DNA of 64,000 nucleotides from Candidatus Aminicenantes bacterium (lineage in GTDB: Bacteria; Acidobacteriota; Aminicenantia; Aminicenantales; JAFGBC01). Each line of letters starts with the position of its first letter. The stretch's first letter is position 1. This document shows positions 53,668 through 64,000 of the stretch, in pieces. A program made the translations under genes and the position numbers. Where the stretch lies: the NCBI GenBank assembly GCA_963702005.1, contig OY969696.1, forward strand, positions 3,360,001 through 3,424,000, written 5' to 3'. Below the pieces are notes generated by a model. The model saw only the letters and a list, made by a program, of their open reading frames with translations. It ran no database searches and was not told the origin of the DNA.

Positions 53668-54488
53668 GAAGACGAGACGAGAGAAGGCTCGGCGCCATCG
53701 CCGAGCTGTGATCGCAAGCTCAGGACGATCTGAACTCGCCCCTTGAATTCCTCGATGAAGCCGGTGACGGCGACCTTACGGCCGACAAGAGACCGGAGCT
53801 CGGCGTCCGGAATGGGCGGCGGCGCCGGAACGAAGACCTCGAAGTCCTCGCCGCTCCGCAGATAGAGATAGTTTCTTTTTTCGTAAATGTCCCGGCAGAC
53901 GAATTCGACGGTCGCGATCGAACCCAAGCGCGAGCGCGCCTCAGCGGCTCGGATGGCCGGCCAGGCATCTTTCCGCCACAGCCCTTTTTCCAGGCGCCGC
54001 GCCTCCCGTTCCGCTTCCCGGAATCGGGACTTCATATCCTCGCGGTAGGGATACTTCGTAAACGCGTGCGCAAAGCCCTCCTTGACGATGAGCTCGTTGA
54101 AGAGCGTCCCGTCATCCAGGACGATATAAGCCAGGGTTCGGCCGTACGTGTCCGTTCCCTCCCAGTCGTAGGTCATCCGCACGCTTTTTTGGTAGAGATG
54201 ATAAAACGCGAAGCGCCGGGCCATATGGGCGAAAAACAAGACCTCTTCCCGTTTGTCGTCCATCTCGGGAGAATCGATCCCGATCAGCCGGACCCTCCGC
54301 TCCTCCCCCGTCCCGAGCCGGACCTCGATCGTATCTCCGTCGTAGACGCGCGCGACGATCGCCGCATCCTCCCGCTCCATCCTTCGGATCGAAGGATTGG
54401 ATTCGGGAGTCTGCCAAAGGCAGGCGAGAGCCAGGCCGGAGACAAGCGCCTTGGGAAGAGGTCCCCTAGTTATTCTTCGACCCGCCAC
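53664..54488 (-). CDS. Thermonuclease (SNase) family protein with C-terminal OB-fold
   Basis: RVYDGDTI, VRLIGIDSPE, DTYGRTLAY, EAEREARRLEKGLW. Confidence 0.9.
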   Translation of the reverse strand: MAGRRITRGPLPKALVSGLALACLWQTPESNPSIRRMEREDAAIVARVYDGDTIEVRLGTGEERRVRLIGIDSPEMDDKREEVLFFAHMARRFAFYHLYQKSVRMTYDWEGTDTYGRTLAYIVLDDGTLFNELIVKEGFAHAFTKYPYREDMKSRFREAEREARRLEKGLWRKDAWPAIRAAEARSRLGSIATVEFVCRDIYEKRNYLYLRSGEDFEVFVPAPPPIPDAELRSLVGRKVAVTGFIEEFKGRVQIVLSLRSQLGDGAEPSLVSSS

Positions 54489-54553
54489 CTCGATTTTTCC
54501 TGCTTCGGCTTATCCTCGATGGCCGCCGATTTCGCCCGGGCCCCTCATTGTCC

Positions 54554-54997
54554 CTAAGCCGCGGTTTTGATTTGATAGACGACGAAAGAGAAATTGTCCT
54601 TGACGTATTTTAGGGTACTGAGGTCCGTAAGATAAACAAAGAGTTTACCCCCCATGCTGCTGGTTGTGGCCAAAATGGGTTCATTGGCAAGGGTCGTGGC
54701 CACGACGACGAAATCACGGAAGCTGAAATCCGAAGCGGGGCCTTTCAATTTGATCTGCCAGCGACCGGCCGTGAAGGTCGCCTTGACGATATTGTAGTTC
54801 TGTTCGATAGATCCGTCTTCGTTGATCTGTCCGGCCGCCACGACCGCGACCGTCGTCGCTCCGTTGATGACCTGGTCGAGACGCGCCCGCGTTTTACCCG
54901 CCCCGCTGTCCGAAGACAGGAAAAGCGGAGCTGCCGCAAGCGCGATTATGAGCCATAAGAACGTCCTGACATCGGCCTTCTTCTTCGTTTCCATCAT
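54554..54997 (-). CDS. Hypothetical exported protein
   Basis: AAGGAGG RBS, N-terminal hydrophobic helix. Confidence 0.6.
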   Translation of the reverse strand: MMETKKKADVRTFLWLIIALAAAPLFLSSDSGAGKTRARLDQVINGATTVAVVAAGQINEDGSIEQNYNIVKATFTAGRWQIKLKGPASDFSFRDFVVVATTLANEPILATTSSMGGKLFVYLTDLSTLKYVKDNFSFVVYQIKTAA

Positions 54998-55061
54998 CGA
55001 GTCCTCCTTACCCGTGATTTTTAACATAGCCCTTTTGGGATATACTGGGCATAATTCAGCG

Positions 55062-56888
55062 TCATCTCATAAACGACTTGACCGCTTCGACGATGTGGCG
55101 GGCGCTGATGCCGTATTTGTCGAGGAGCTCATCGGGCTTGCCCGAGCGCGGAAGCTCCCGGACCGCGAGGTGGGCGAGCTTCGCCCTCCCCGCCAGCGCC
55201 GCGGCTACGGCATCGCCCAGCCCACCGCCAGCGAAATGGTCCTCGACGACGACGACCTTCCCGCCGGCCGCGGCCGCTTCACGCAGGAGGGTCTCCCGGT
55301 CGATGGGTTCGACAGAATAGGCGTCTAGAACGGATACGCCGATGCCTTCTTTTTTCAACTCCTCATAAGCCTTAAGAGACTCGTGAACCGTGATGCCGGC
55401 GGCCACGATCAGCACGGCGTCTCCCGCCCCTTTCTTCAGGATCTTGGAACCTCCGACCGGAAACGCTTCATCCTTTTTATAAAGAAGCGCGGTGGCCGGG
55501 CGGGTCGTTCTTAGGTAGGCCAATCCCTTGTGCTCCGCCATCGCCCGGACGCATCCCTCGGCGGAAAACCCGTCGCTCGGGTAAAGGACGGCACAGCCGG
55601 GCACGGACCGGAACAGACTCAGGTCTTCGAGCCCCATCTGGGACGGCCCGTCCTCGCCGATGCTGACCCCCACGTGGGAGCCGCACAGCTTTATATTTGA
55701 GAAGGAATAGGCCGCCATGCGGATTTGGTCATGGGCCCGCGTCAAGAAAGCGGCGAAGGTGGCGATATAAGGCAGAAATCCTTTGGCGGCCAAGCCCATG
55801 GCCATGCCGACCATGTTCTGCTCGGCGATGTAGGACTGGAACGACCGCTTGGGGAAGGCTTCAAAAAACTTGTCGGCGTAGGTTGAATTCTTAACGTCGC
55901 CGTCGATCGCAACGACGCCGGCATGAACGCGGCCCAGCGCGGCCAGGGCGTTTCCGTAGGCGAGACGCGTCGCGATCTTTTCTTTATAATCGGACCTCTC
56001 GAAATCCGTCCGCCCCTCCGGTTTGGGAGGCGTGACGGCTTTGGGCTTCCGCACCATCTTGGCCGCATCGACCTCGGGCATCGGCCCGAGTTCGGTCAGG
56101 GCTTTTTCGAGCTCGTCCTTTTTAAGGGGCTTACCGTGCCAACCGTTGCGGTCTTCGATGAAGGAGACGCCCTTCCCTTTGATCGTCTTGGCCAGGATGA
56201 CGGTCGGAAGGCCATTTCTCCCCGCCTTCTGCAAGGCCTCGAGGATTTGAGGAACACTGTGACCGTTGACGGGCAAGACATCCCAGCCGAAGGCTTTGAA
56301 CTTGCGGGCATAGGCCTTGGCGTCATGGCCGTGCATGGTGAAGTCGGACTGGCCGAGCCGGTTGATGTCGACAACCGCGACGAGGTTCCTGAGCTTGAGG
56401 TTCGCCGCGGCGTTGGCCGCTTCCCAGACGGATCCCTCGGCGCACTCGCCGTCGCCCAGGACGGCGAAGGCGCGGCCGGGCGATTTCCCCAACCGCATCG
56501 CCAAGGCCATGCCGACGGCCACGGACAGCCCCTGGCCCAAGCTTCCGGTCGCCGCCTTGACCCATTCCATGCGGGGCGTCGGATGGCCCTCCAAATCGCT
56601 CGTGATCTTGCGGAGGTTGAGAAGATCCTCCTTGGCGATAATCCCCGCCTCGGCGTAGGCCGCCCAGAGGATGGGCGCGGCGTGCCCCTTGGACAGGACG
56701 AACTCGTCGTTGGCCCAGCCCCGGGCGTCTCGGATGTCGTACCTCATCTCGGAGAAAAACAAGCAGGCCGCAATCTCGGCCATGGACAAGCAGGTCGTGG
56801 GATGGCCCGACCCGGCCTCGGTCGTCATGCGCAGGCTGTGGATGCGGAGCCGCTTGGCGACGGCCTCGAGAGCTTGGACCTTGTTCAT
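55062..56888 (-). CDS. tkt: Transketolase (fused single-chain type)
   Basis: SGHPT, LSKGHAAP, TGSLGQG, GDGE...N TPP motif, IAEQNMVG, GEDGPSQM. Confidence 0.93.
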   Translation of the reverse strand: MNKVQALEAVAKRLRIHSLRMTTEAGSGHPTTCLSMAEIAACLFFSEMRYDIRDARGWANDEFVLSKGHAAPILWAAYAEAGIIAKEDLLNLRKITSDLEGHPTPRMEWVKAATGSLGQGLSVAVGMALAMRLGKSPGRAFAVLGDGECAEGSVWEAANAAANLKLRNLVAVVDINRLGQSDFTMHGHDAKAYARKFKAFGWDVLPVNGHSVPQILEALQKAGRNGLPTVILAKTIKGKGVSFIEDRNGWHGKPLKKDELEKALTELGPMPEVDAAKMVRKPKAVTPPKPEGRTDFERSDYKEKIATRLAYGNALAALGRVHAGVVAIDGDVKNSTYADKFFEAFPKRSFQSYIAEQNMVGMAMGLAAKGFLPYIATFAAFLTRAHDQIRMAAYSFSNIKLCGSHVGVSIGEDGPSQMGLEDLSLFRSVPGCAVLYPSDGFSAEGCVRAMAEHKGLAYLRTTRPATALLYKKDEAFPVGGSKILKKGAGDAVLIVAAGITVHESLKAYEELKKEGIGVSVLDAYSVEPIDRETLLREAAAAGGKVVVVEDHFAGGGLGDAVAAALAGRAKLAHLAVRELPRSGKPDELLDKYGISARHIVEAVKSFMR

Positions 56889-57019
56889 CGCGGAACTCCT
56901 TTCCGGGGCGGCTCGGCCATCGGATGTTTAAAGATATCGAAACTCCACGGGAAAGGCAAGCCCGCCAAGTCACTTGATTTATCCGCCGGGCGGGTGCTAA
57001 ATTAACGAGGGGGAGATTA

Positions 57020-59035
57020 ATGCTGAAAAGGGCTTCCTCGAAATCCGGTTCCAGCATCGAGCTTTGCTTCGCCATCTTGGGCTTTTCTCTTCTCTCGAGT
57101 TCTTTTTCCGCGGCCCAGGTCGAGACCCAGGAGCAACTTAAGCACGAAGTCACCGTGACTTTGAAATTGGTTCAGGTTTATGTCCTGGATAAGTCCGGAA
57201 GCGCCGTCGCCGATTTGACCAAAGCCGACTTCGAGCTTTACGATAACGGCCAAGCCAAGCCAATTACGGATTTTGAAAAACACGACTTGTCTATAAATCA
57301 AGTTCCGCAAGGCCCGCAACCTTCCCTTCCTACCCCGCCTGTTTCGAAAATGAACCGGAAGTTCTTCTTGTTCTTCGATTTTGCCTTCAACAACAGGGCG
57401 GGGATCTCGAAATCGAGAACGGCCGCGCTGAATTTTCTTGACACCCAGGTCCGTCCCGAAGATGAAGTCGGAGTCCTGTCTTTTTCGGCCAGAAAGGGGC
57501 TAACCCTCCACGAATATCTGACCCTCGACCACGCGAGAATCCGTCAGGTCGTCGCGGGTTTGGGACCTAGCCAATTCCTGGGGAGAGCCTGGGGGATCGA
57601 AAGCGAGTGGCTTAAAGATCATCTGAAGTTGGATGAAGAGCTTGGCGCTGGGGATATGACACAAAGAATTGCCGGGGCCGAACAATCGGTAGTGAATAAT
57701 GAAGCCGTCGGCTTCGCGTCGCAGATTTCCGAGCTGGCGAAGGCTCTCCGAAACATTCCCGGCGTTAAAAATATCATCCTCTTCTCCTCCGGCATCCCGA
57801 ATTATTCCCTATACGGATCGCAATACGTGACGAACGAAATGGGAGACCGATGGGGGGATGCCTCCTTACGCGACCGCTACACCGGGATGTGTAAGGAACT
57901 GGCGGGTTCCAACAGCACGGTCTATGCCGTCAACGTCTCCAGCGCCGGGTCCGCGCCTTTCGAAGAAAAAGATCTAAAAGGCGATGAGGCGCTCAGGCAA
58001 CTGGCCCGAGACTCGGGCGGCAAGTATTTCGACAACATCAACAGCTACGAGACTATCAACCGGACCATTCAGAAGGTAACTGGGACCTACTATGTGCTGG
58101 GATATTACATCGACGAAAAACGGGACGGCCGTTTCCACAATGTCCGAGTCGAAGTCAAGAAGAAAGGCTGCTCCGTCTACGGACAGCAAGGATATTTCAA
58201 TCCGAAACCGTTCACCGAATATTCGGAAAACGAAAAGCTTCTTCATATCATCGACCTGGCCTTGGCCGAGAACCCCCTATTCCAGGCCCCGACCGAAGCC
58301 CCCGTGACGGTTCTGCCGGTCATGGACAGGGGGAGGCCGGCTATCCTAGCCTTCCTCAGCATTCCCCGTCGGCTTGCGGCGAAAGCCCTGGCGAACAACG
58401 CCGAGGCCCTTTGCCTGATCTTCGACGAGAAGGGGGATACGGAGTCCATCGTTCCGCTGAGAATCACGAACCCCAATCCGGAGAAAGAGTTTGTCCAACT
58501 CGTATTTGCCGTCCCGGCGCGGCCGGGCCGCGTTGTTTGCCGGATAGCCCTCTGCAACATGGAGACCGGGTGCGGCGTCAGAGGAATACAAACCATAACA
58601 GTTCCGGAAGCTCGCGAGGCGGCCCTGTGGCTCGATCCGCCTCTTTTCCTAACCGACCAGAGAAACGAGGACATTTACGCATCGCCAGGGACGTCGCTTG
58701 AAAACCTCTATGCTTATGATCCGCGAGAGTCTTCCCCATTGCTAGGAGACCTGCCCGCCGGGACGAAGATATTACGAGCGGCCCTTCGGGTCACATCACT
58801 TAGGCCGAATTTCGAGATCGAGCTGACGGCGCAGATCATGGAAACGGGCGGGACGAGTCCGCGGCCGGTTCCCGTGGCCATCCTCAAAGAATTCACGGAT
58901 GGTCCGACGAAGAAGCTCCTCATCGATTTGGCCCCGGGCGATCTCAAACCCGGAAACTATTTGCTCTCCCTGGTCGCTAAGGAGAAAGGCGGTCAAGCGG
59001 TTGCTCAGACGGCCGCAAAGATCACCGTGAAATAG
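57020..59035 (+). CDS. Secreted VWA-domain protein (acidobacterial VWFA-related type)
   Basis: LVQVYVLDKSG...DLTKADFELYDNG, KNIILFSSG, LARDSGGKYF, YYVLGYY. Confidence 0.82.
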   Translation: MLKRASSKSGSSIELCFAILGFSLLSSSFSAAQVETQEQLKHEVTVTLKLVQVYVLDKSGSAVADLTKADFELYDNGQAKPITDFEKHDLSINQVPQGPQPSLPTPPVSKMNRKFFLFFDFAFNNRAGISKSRTAALNFLDTQVRPEDEVGVLSFSARKGLTLHEYLTLDHARIRQVVAGLGPSQFLGRAWGIESEWLKDHLKLDEELGAGDMTQRIAGAEQSVVNNEAVGFASQISELAKALRNIPGVKNIILFSSGIPNYSLYGSQYVTNEMGDRWGDASLRDRYTGMCKELAGSNSTVYAVNVSSAGSAPFEEKDLKGDEALRQLARDSGGKYFDNINSYETINRTIQKVTGTYYVLGYYIDEKRDGRFHNVRVEVKKKGCSVYGQQGYFNPKPFTEYSENEKLLHIIDLALAENPLFQAPTEAPVTVLPVMDRGRPAILAFLSIPRRLAAKALANNAEALCLIFDEKGDTESIVPLRITNPNPEKEFVQLVFAVPARPGRVVCRIALCNMETGCGVRGIQTITVPEAREAALWLDPPLFLTDQRNEDIYASPGTSLENLYAYDPRESSPLLGDLPAGTKILRAALRVTSLRPNFEIELTAQIMETGGTSPRPVPVAILKEFTDGPTKKLLIDLAPGDLKPGNYLLSLVAKEKGGQAVAQTAAKITVK

Positions 59036-59130
59036 TCCTCGATAAAATAAACACGCCCGGCAAGCCCGTCGCGCCGGGGTCAAGCGGGCGGATTGACCCC
59101 GCCCCCCACAAGGATTATCATGATATCGTC

Positions 59131-59607
59131 ATGGACGCCGTAAAACTCCTGCTCCTCGCCGCCCGACTCGAGTCCAAGGCCGGAGTATGCTATCAAAGGC
59201 TAAGCCTGCTCGCCGCGCAGGACGGCGCCGTCGCCCAAGATCTGAAGATTCTCTCCAAGGAGGAGGCCGTCCACGCCAATAGCCTGAAATCGGCGAAGAT
59301 GTACGCGGTGGCCGACCCCGGCTTGTTCAAACCCGGCTCTTTGGCTCCCGAAGACATCATAAATTACATCCAGCTCGCCGAAGACCTCATCCGGGCCGCC
59401 GAAGAGAAGACGGTCAATCTCGCTCAAGGACTGAAGAAGATCCAAGCGCTCGAGATTCTGTTCGAACAAGCGCACTTGGCCACGCTGGCGAACGTGACCG
59501 ACCCCTCCCTGCGGAAGCTGTTCCAGGCTTTGTCCCAAGGAGATAAGAGCCACCGCGAACGGCTGAATAAAATCCTCAAGGTTATAACGCCGAAAGAACG
59601 TTCCTGA
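59131..59607 (+). CDS. Ferritin/rubrerythrin-like protein
   Basis: E...Y...EEAVH and E...DKSH four-helix-bundle pattern. Confidence 0.7.
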   Translation: MDAVKLLLLAARLESKAGVCYQRLSLLAAQDGAVAQDLKILSKEEAVHANSLKSAKMYAVADPGLFKPGSLAPEDIINYIQLAEDLIRAAEEKTVNLAQGLKKIQALEILFEQAHLATLANVTDPSLRKLFQALSQGDKSHRERLNKILKVITPKERS

Positions 59608-59648
59608 CGGAATAACCGATACGCGTCCGGGACCGGGCGGACGCGCTC

Positions 59649-60668
59649 TTAAATCTTCAAGAACAGCTTCTCGTACAAGGCCAGGGCGTACTGATCGGTC
59701 ATGCCCGCGATGAAATCGCCGGCGCGAACCTCGAGCGAATCTCCCTTGGGATAGTCCTTGACATAGTCGGCGGGATGGGCGAGGACGTACCCGTAGAGGT
59801 CGGCCACGATCTTTTTGACCTTCTCGTGCTCCTCGAGCGCCCTGGCGCCGAAATAGACCTTCTCGTACAGGAACTCGCGGAGCTCAATGACGGCCCGCTT
59901 GATCCGGCCGCTCAGCGCGATCCGCTCCAAGTTCAGGGCCAGGCTGGCCTCCACGACGTCCATGACCATCCGGTCGATCCGGTTGGCGTGCCACTTCCCC
60001 AGGATCTTGACCAGCGAGGCCGGGATGTCCTCCTCCCGGATGACCTCGGCCCGCAGGGCGTCGTCGACGTCGTGGTTGACGTAGGCGATGATGTCGGAGA
60101 CGCGGACGATCTGGCCCTCGAGCGTCATGGGCAGGTCGATCAGGTCGCCGTCCAGGATCTCGCCCCGCCCCTTGGAGTGTTTACAGATCCCGTCCCGGAC
60201 CTCGAAGGTCAGGTTGAGCCCCTTGCCGTCGTACTCGAGCTTCTCGACGACGCGGAGGCTCTGCTCGTAGTGGCTGAAGCCGCCCGGCAGAAGCTCGGCC
60301 AGCATCTGCTCCCCGGCGTGGCCGAAGGGCGTGTGGCCCAGGTCGTGGCCGAGGGCGATCGCCTCGGTCAGGTCCTCGTTGAGGCGGAGGGCCTTGGCGA
60401 TCGTCCGGGCGATCTGGGAGACCTCGAGGGTGTGGGTCAGCCGCGTCCGGTAATGGTCGCCGAAGGGGGCCAGGAAAACCTGAGTCTTGTGCTTGAGGCG
60501 GCGGAAGGATTTGGAATGGATGATCCGGTCCCGGTCGCGCTGAAAGGCCGTCCGGAGGGGATGGGGGGCCTCGGCCCGGACGCGGCCCCGGGTGCGGGCG
60601 CTCAGGCAGGCTTTGGGCGAGAGGATCTGCTTCTCGACCGCCTCGAGCCTCTCCCGGATGGTCATCAT
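59649..60668 (-). CDS. dgt: dGTP triphosphohydrolase (short HD-domain type)
   Basis: [50 protein letters not shown]. Confidence 0.93.
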   Translation of the reverse strand: MMTIRERLEAVEKQILSPKACLSARTRGRVRAEAPHPLRTAFQRDRDRIIHSKSFRRLKHKTQVFLAPFGDHYRTRLTHTLEVSQIARTIAKALRLNEDLTEAIALGHDLGHTPFGHAGEQMLAELLPGGFSHYEQSLRVVEKLEYDGKGLNLTFEVRDGICKHSKGRGEILDGDLIDLPMTLEGQIVRVSDIIAYVNHDVDDALRAEVIREEDIPASLVKILGKWHANRIDRMVMDVVEASLALNLERIALSGRIKRAVIELREFLYEKVYFGARALEEHEKVKKIVADLYGYVLAHPADYVKDYPKGDSLEVRAGDFIAGMTDQYALALYEKLFLKI

Positions 60669-61318
60669 GATTCCTTTGCTTTACCCATAAATTCAGATAC
60701 TATACTCGGATCTAATTCGCTTTCGTTTGCTTTAACAAATTCTTTTAATTTACGTACTGCTTTAAAACATCCGTATATTTGGGGGTTTTCAGACGCTATG
60801 CTTATTATTTCGTTCATCTGAAGAAGAGAATATTCATCTTTGTAATCTAGTAGTAAATCTATGGTCACTTTTGCCCTATCAAAACAATCACTGTCCTTAA
60901 ATACACTAATTAACGAATTTAGGAAATCTTCTTTCAAGTCATCTCGCAAGGAAATTAATTGTGCTATTTTCTTGCAGGATTCATATAAGTTTTGGTCATC
61001 TATTTTGAATGCTTGTATTCTTGATATAAAGCCATATGGATCTTGCGATATTTTCACGGGGATAATATATATTTTTCTTCCTAAAACAAAACCTACCTCT
61101 TGCGATGTCCAATCTGATAATTTGAACATTTCAGTAAGGAGAGCAATAAAAACATCGCATGATTCTAGCTCTCTGATAATCACCTTTTCCCAATCTGCTG
61201 TCGGCTCTATATCTTCATGCGCCAAGAAAACAGATAGACCATATTCTCTTTCTAAGTAGCTTTTTATTTTCCCTGCTTTTTCTTTATATTCGTGATGATG
61301 AGAAACAAATATTTTCAT
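60665..61318 (-). CDS. TIR-domain protein with C-terminal helical domain (AT-rich)
   Basis: [18 protein letters not shown]...I...[20 protein letters not shown] (catalytic Glu retained), PYGFI. Confidence 0.88.
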   Translation of the reverse strand: MKIFVSHHHEYKEKAGKIKSYLEREYGLSVFLAHEDIEPTADWEKVIIRELESCDVFIALLTEMFKLSDWTSQEVGFVLGRKIYIIPVKISQDPYGFISRIQAFKIDDQNLYESCKKIAQLISLRDDLKEDFLNSLISVFKDSDCFDRAKVTIDLLLDYKDEYSLLQMNEIISIASENPQIYGCFKAVRKLKEFVKANESELDPSIVSEFMGKAKES

Positions 61319-61709
61319 TTTTTGCCCAATCTTGAAATATATTATATCGCAGAAAAACACAGAATTTCTCTATAAATTGTAAGCTTATTAATTCATTAAT
61401 TTTCTAATAGGGCACTTTAAAGGCACGCTTAGTTCAAGCCCACCTACATCCTCGAAAATAATCGGCATGTATCTGCAAACCGCCAGTGAAGGTTGGAACA
61501 ACCCCTATCTCTTTTGTGATTTCATGGAAATTCAGTTAAATTAAAGCTTTCATTTCTAATAAAAGGTATAATAACAATTGAAGTGGGGGAAAGTGTAGCT
61601 TCAAAATGGCATCTAATTTTAATTACAGGAAATTCCATTCATCCTGGCCCCCCAAATAAATATTGACAAACTTGAAGAATGAATAACATCACGATGTAGA
61701 GCACATAAT

Positions 61710-64000
61710 GTGAGTGACAAAGAGAATATCGGCCTACCTATATCGCAACAAAAACCAACTGTTCTTACAGAGAAACAAAAATGGATTGCCAGCCATCTAG
61801 ATATATTAAATAGAATAGATAGTTTTTGCCCTGGCGCTATTCCTCCATCAGATCTTTATAAGGGTGCGCTACAAACTATGCTTCCTGAGAACCGTAAAAC
61901 TAATCCTGATTGGATGGCTCAATCCGCTCATTCTTTTAGAGAAATATTATATGGGATACAGTTTGTAAAAAAAATAACAAATAGGAAAGTAATTGCGGAT
62001 GTTCTCAAAGTCTATCAAGAAGAAAAAAGAGCTGCTGAGTTGGCTAGCAAATTATTCAGCTTATATGAAGTTTTTACTCATATTGCACATCATTTGGCCG
62101 ATAGTAATAGGGAAATAGGCATAAGAAAAGCTCTCGAAAGCCTAGGAATTGTTGCGGACAGATTTCCAATAATCGATGAACAGTGTTTCGAAAGACTCGT
62201 AGGTCTTCTTGAAAGTATTTGGATTCAATCGATACCGCGCCAGCTGAATCTACATGAACAAATTGATTCAATAATAAGAGCTTCCCCAGAAAAAACTAAT
62301 AAGGGCAAGTTGCGCCTCTGGCTATTTTTTAATCCTGATGCTCGAAGGTATTTTTATTCAAAAGCTGATGAAAATTGGCTTGATTGGTTATGGGCGAATG
62401 GCTTTCTCAACATAATTAGGGATAAATCAGAGGACCCGTCCCGATATTCTTATCAAACTCCAGAGTTGGACTATCTAACGAAAGTTGCTTCTAAGCTACC
62501 GAATAGAGTGGCAGATATTATTCTTTCTTTTTCTATTTCGCCTCATAACTTCAATCCCGAAGTTATTGATCGTTTTTTAGGGATTTGCCAAAAGTTGCCT
62601 GCAATTCAGTTAGCCCGCATTGTCAATAAGATCCGAGATGAAAAATGGGTATTTCTTATGGGGAAATTTAACCGCTGGGGGTTTGAGTATGAAGAAATGA
62701 TGGAAATTCTCGCTAATGCACGAGATTATTCAAGTCTGCTCATTCTTGTTGAGGCAATATTAGAAGTACGCTCCAAAGAAAGCATATCTGAAAAGGATAC
62801 CGGACTCATTCCCGATTATCCTTTTTACTTAATCGACCTCAGCAAAACTAAGATATTTGAGCGTCTTGTGGAAGTTGATGATGCGGCTGCGGAGCAAGCG
62901 CTCGGCCTTATAACCCGAGTAATTAGAAATATCTTAAATCTCGGTGAAACCAAAAAATACGATATTTTTGATATTAACGATAACTATATTCTATTAAATG
63001 TTGATTTTTTTACAGTTACGATGGATGACGCAATGAATAGGTCATATCGAGAAGACATGATTGCCCTTGCGGCAACCATAAAGATACTAATACAAAGAAC
63101 AATTGGCTCAAGATGCAATGATCGCACAGCAGTGAGACTCCTCTTTGAAAAGTACATTAAAACTCTTCCAAATTGTCAATCTATGTGGCGGTTGAGGCTT
63201 TTTGCTTTAAGTCTTTGTCCGGATGTATTTAAGAACGAGCTTCGAACAGCATTCTTCAAAATATTCGATTTCGAAGAACCCTTTGCATTATTGCGCGGAG
63301 CAGAATACAAATGGGCAGTCAAAAAAACGTTTTTAAGCTTATCCGTTGAGGATCAAAGAAGCTATGTCTCACAGATATTTTCGTTGTTTTGCGATAAAGA
63401 TATGAAGTCATGGAAAATAAATTCCGGTTGGAGTCTTCTTTCCTGTTCTTTTAATGGTCTTACCGACGAGGAAAAAGAACGGGCAAAAGATATCTTCGGG
63501 CGCGACCTTGATCCCAATTATCAGCCAGAGGCAAGCATAGGTAAAATTAAATTCGGCCATATTAGCGCGAAAGCTCCGATTGACCAAGAAGCGCTTTCGC
63601 GAATGTCTATACTTAGCATTGTAGATAATTTAAAAAAAGACTGGACGCCTGATAATTTAAGAAAACAAGACAAAGAACAAGATATCTTTAAGCCTCTTAA
63701 TGCGGAAGGCCTGGGCAACTTGATTAAAGCCGATATATCAAATAGACCAAAGGATTATATTTCGAATGCTCCGCTTTTTTTTGATCGATACAAACTCGAT
63801 CCTCATTACACATACACCTTGCTGATGGGCATATATGAATTGCTACGCGGGAAGATTTTCCCAGATAATATTGATTGGAAGGGTATAATTTATTTACTAA
63901 TAGAAATTGTCGATTCTTCAGAAACTCAAGAATTCGATCACAGCTCATATGAGCGCCAGATAACAGGTACGTGGTTAGTAGCGTGGGATGGAGTACATAA
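61710..64000 (+). CDS. Large AT-rich protein of at least 763 aa, runs off the window; N-terminal HEPN-like domain plus long helical region
   Basis: Manual translation from GTG 61710: MSDKENIG...LYKGALQTM...NPDWMAQSAHSFREIL...FTHIAHH...RRYFYSKADENWLDWLWANGFL. The frame is still open at 63000 and 64000, so the ORF track omits it. Confidence 0.8.
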   Translation, partial: MSDKENIGLPISQQKPTVLTEKQKWIASHLDILNRIDSFCPGAIPPSDLYKGALQTMLPENRKTNPDWMAQSAHSFREILYGIQFVKKITNRKVIADVLKVYQEEKRAAELASKLFSLYEVFTHIAHHLADSNREIGIRKALESLGIVADRFPIIDEQCFERLVGLLESIWIQSIPRQLNLHEQIDSIIRASPEKTNKGKLRLWLFFNPDARRYFYSKADENWLDWLWANGFLNIIRDKSEDPSRYSYQTPELDYLTKVASKLPNRVADIILSFSISPHNFNPEVIDRFLGICQKLPAIQLARIVNKIRDEKWVFLMGKFNRWGFEYEEMMEILANARDYSSLLILVEAILEVRSKESISEKDTGLIPDYPFYLIDLSKTKIFERLVEVDDAAAEQALGLITRVIRNILNLGETKKYDIFDINDNYILLNVDFFTVTMDDAMNRSYREDMIALAATIKILIQRTIGSRCNDRTAVRLLFEKYIKTLPNCQSMWRLRLFALSLCPDVFKNELRTAFFKIFDFEEPFALLRGAEYKWAVKKTFLSLSVEDQRSYVSQIFSLFCDKDMKSWKINSGWSLLSCSFNGLTDEEKERAKDIFGRDLDPNYQPEASIGKIKFGHISAKAPIDQEALSRMSILSIVDNLKKDWTPDNLRKQDKEQDIFKPLNAEGLGNLIKADISNRPKDYISNAPLFFDRYKLDPHYTYTLLMGIYELLRGKIFPDNIDWKGIIYLLIEIVDSSETQEFDHSSYERQITGTWLVAWDGVH

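Overview
GC-rich (by eye about 60-65%) bacterial chromosomal window. Its many secreted peptidases, glycosidases and VWA/BNR proteins suggest the Aminicenantes/Acidobacteriota group; this is an inference from gene content only. Most of it is housekeeping and catabolic: GH2 beta-galactosidase, large-type SRP RNA, M14/S9/M16 peptidases, sialidase-like and deacetylase genes, a MarR-TolC-MFP-RND efflux operon, an MNT-HEPN toxin-antitoxin pair, an ECF/anti-sigma/DUF4097 locus, GH9, fabF/fabK-like, transketolase and dGTPase. Four features stand out. (1) Six copies of a modular, hairpin-rich non-coding element bounded by GTCAA direct repeats, all in one orientation; at all five loci the left GTCAA is the TTGAC of a well-spaced sigma70-like -35 box. 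(2) An AT-rich island from about 60669 to the window end. It holds a TIR gene whose stop overlaps the dGTPase start, and a divergent ORF of at least 763 aa that the ORF track missed. (3) A 52-bp direct repeat of an esterase 3' end flanking a two-lipoprotein cassette. (4) An Asp/Glu racemase with an apparent signal peptide. Four single-base +1 frameshifts look like sequencing errors. All calls come from reading motifs by eye; no searches were run.
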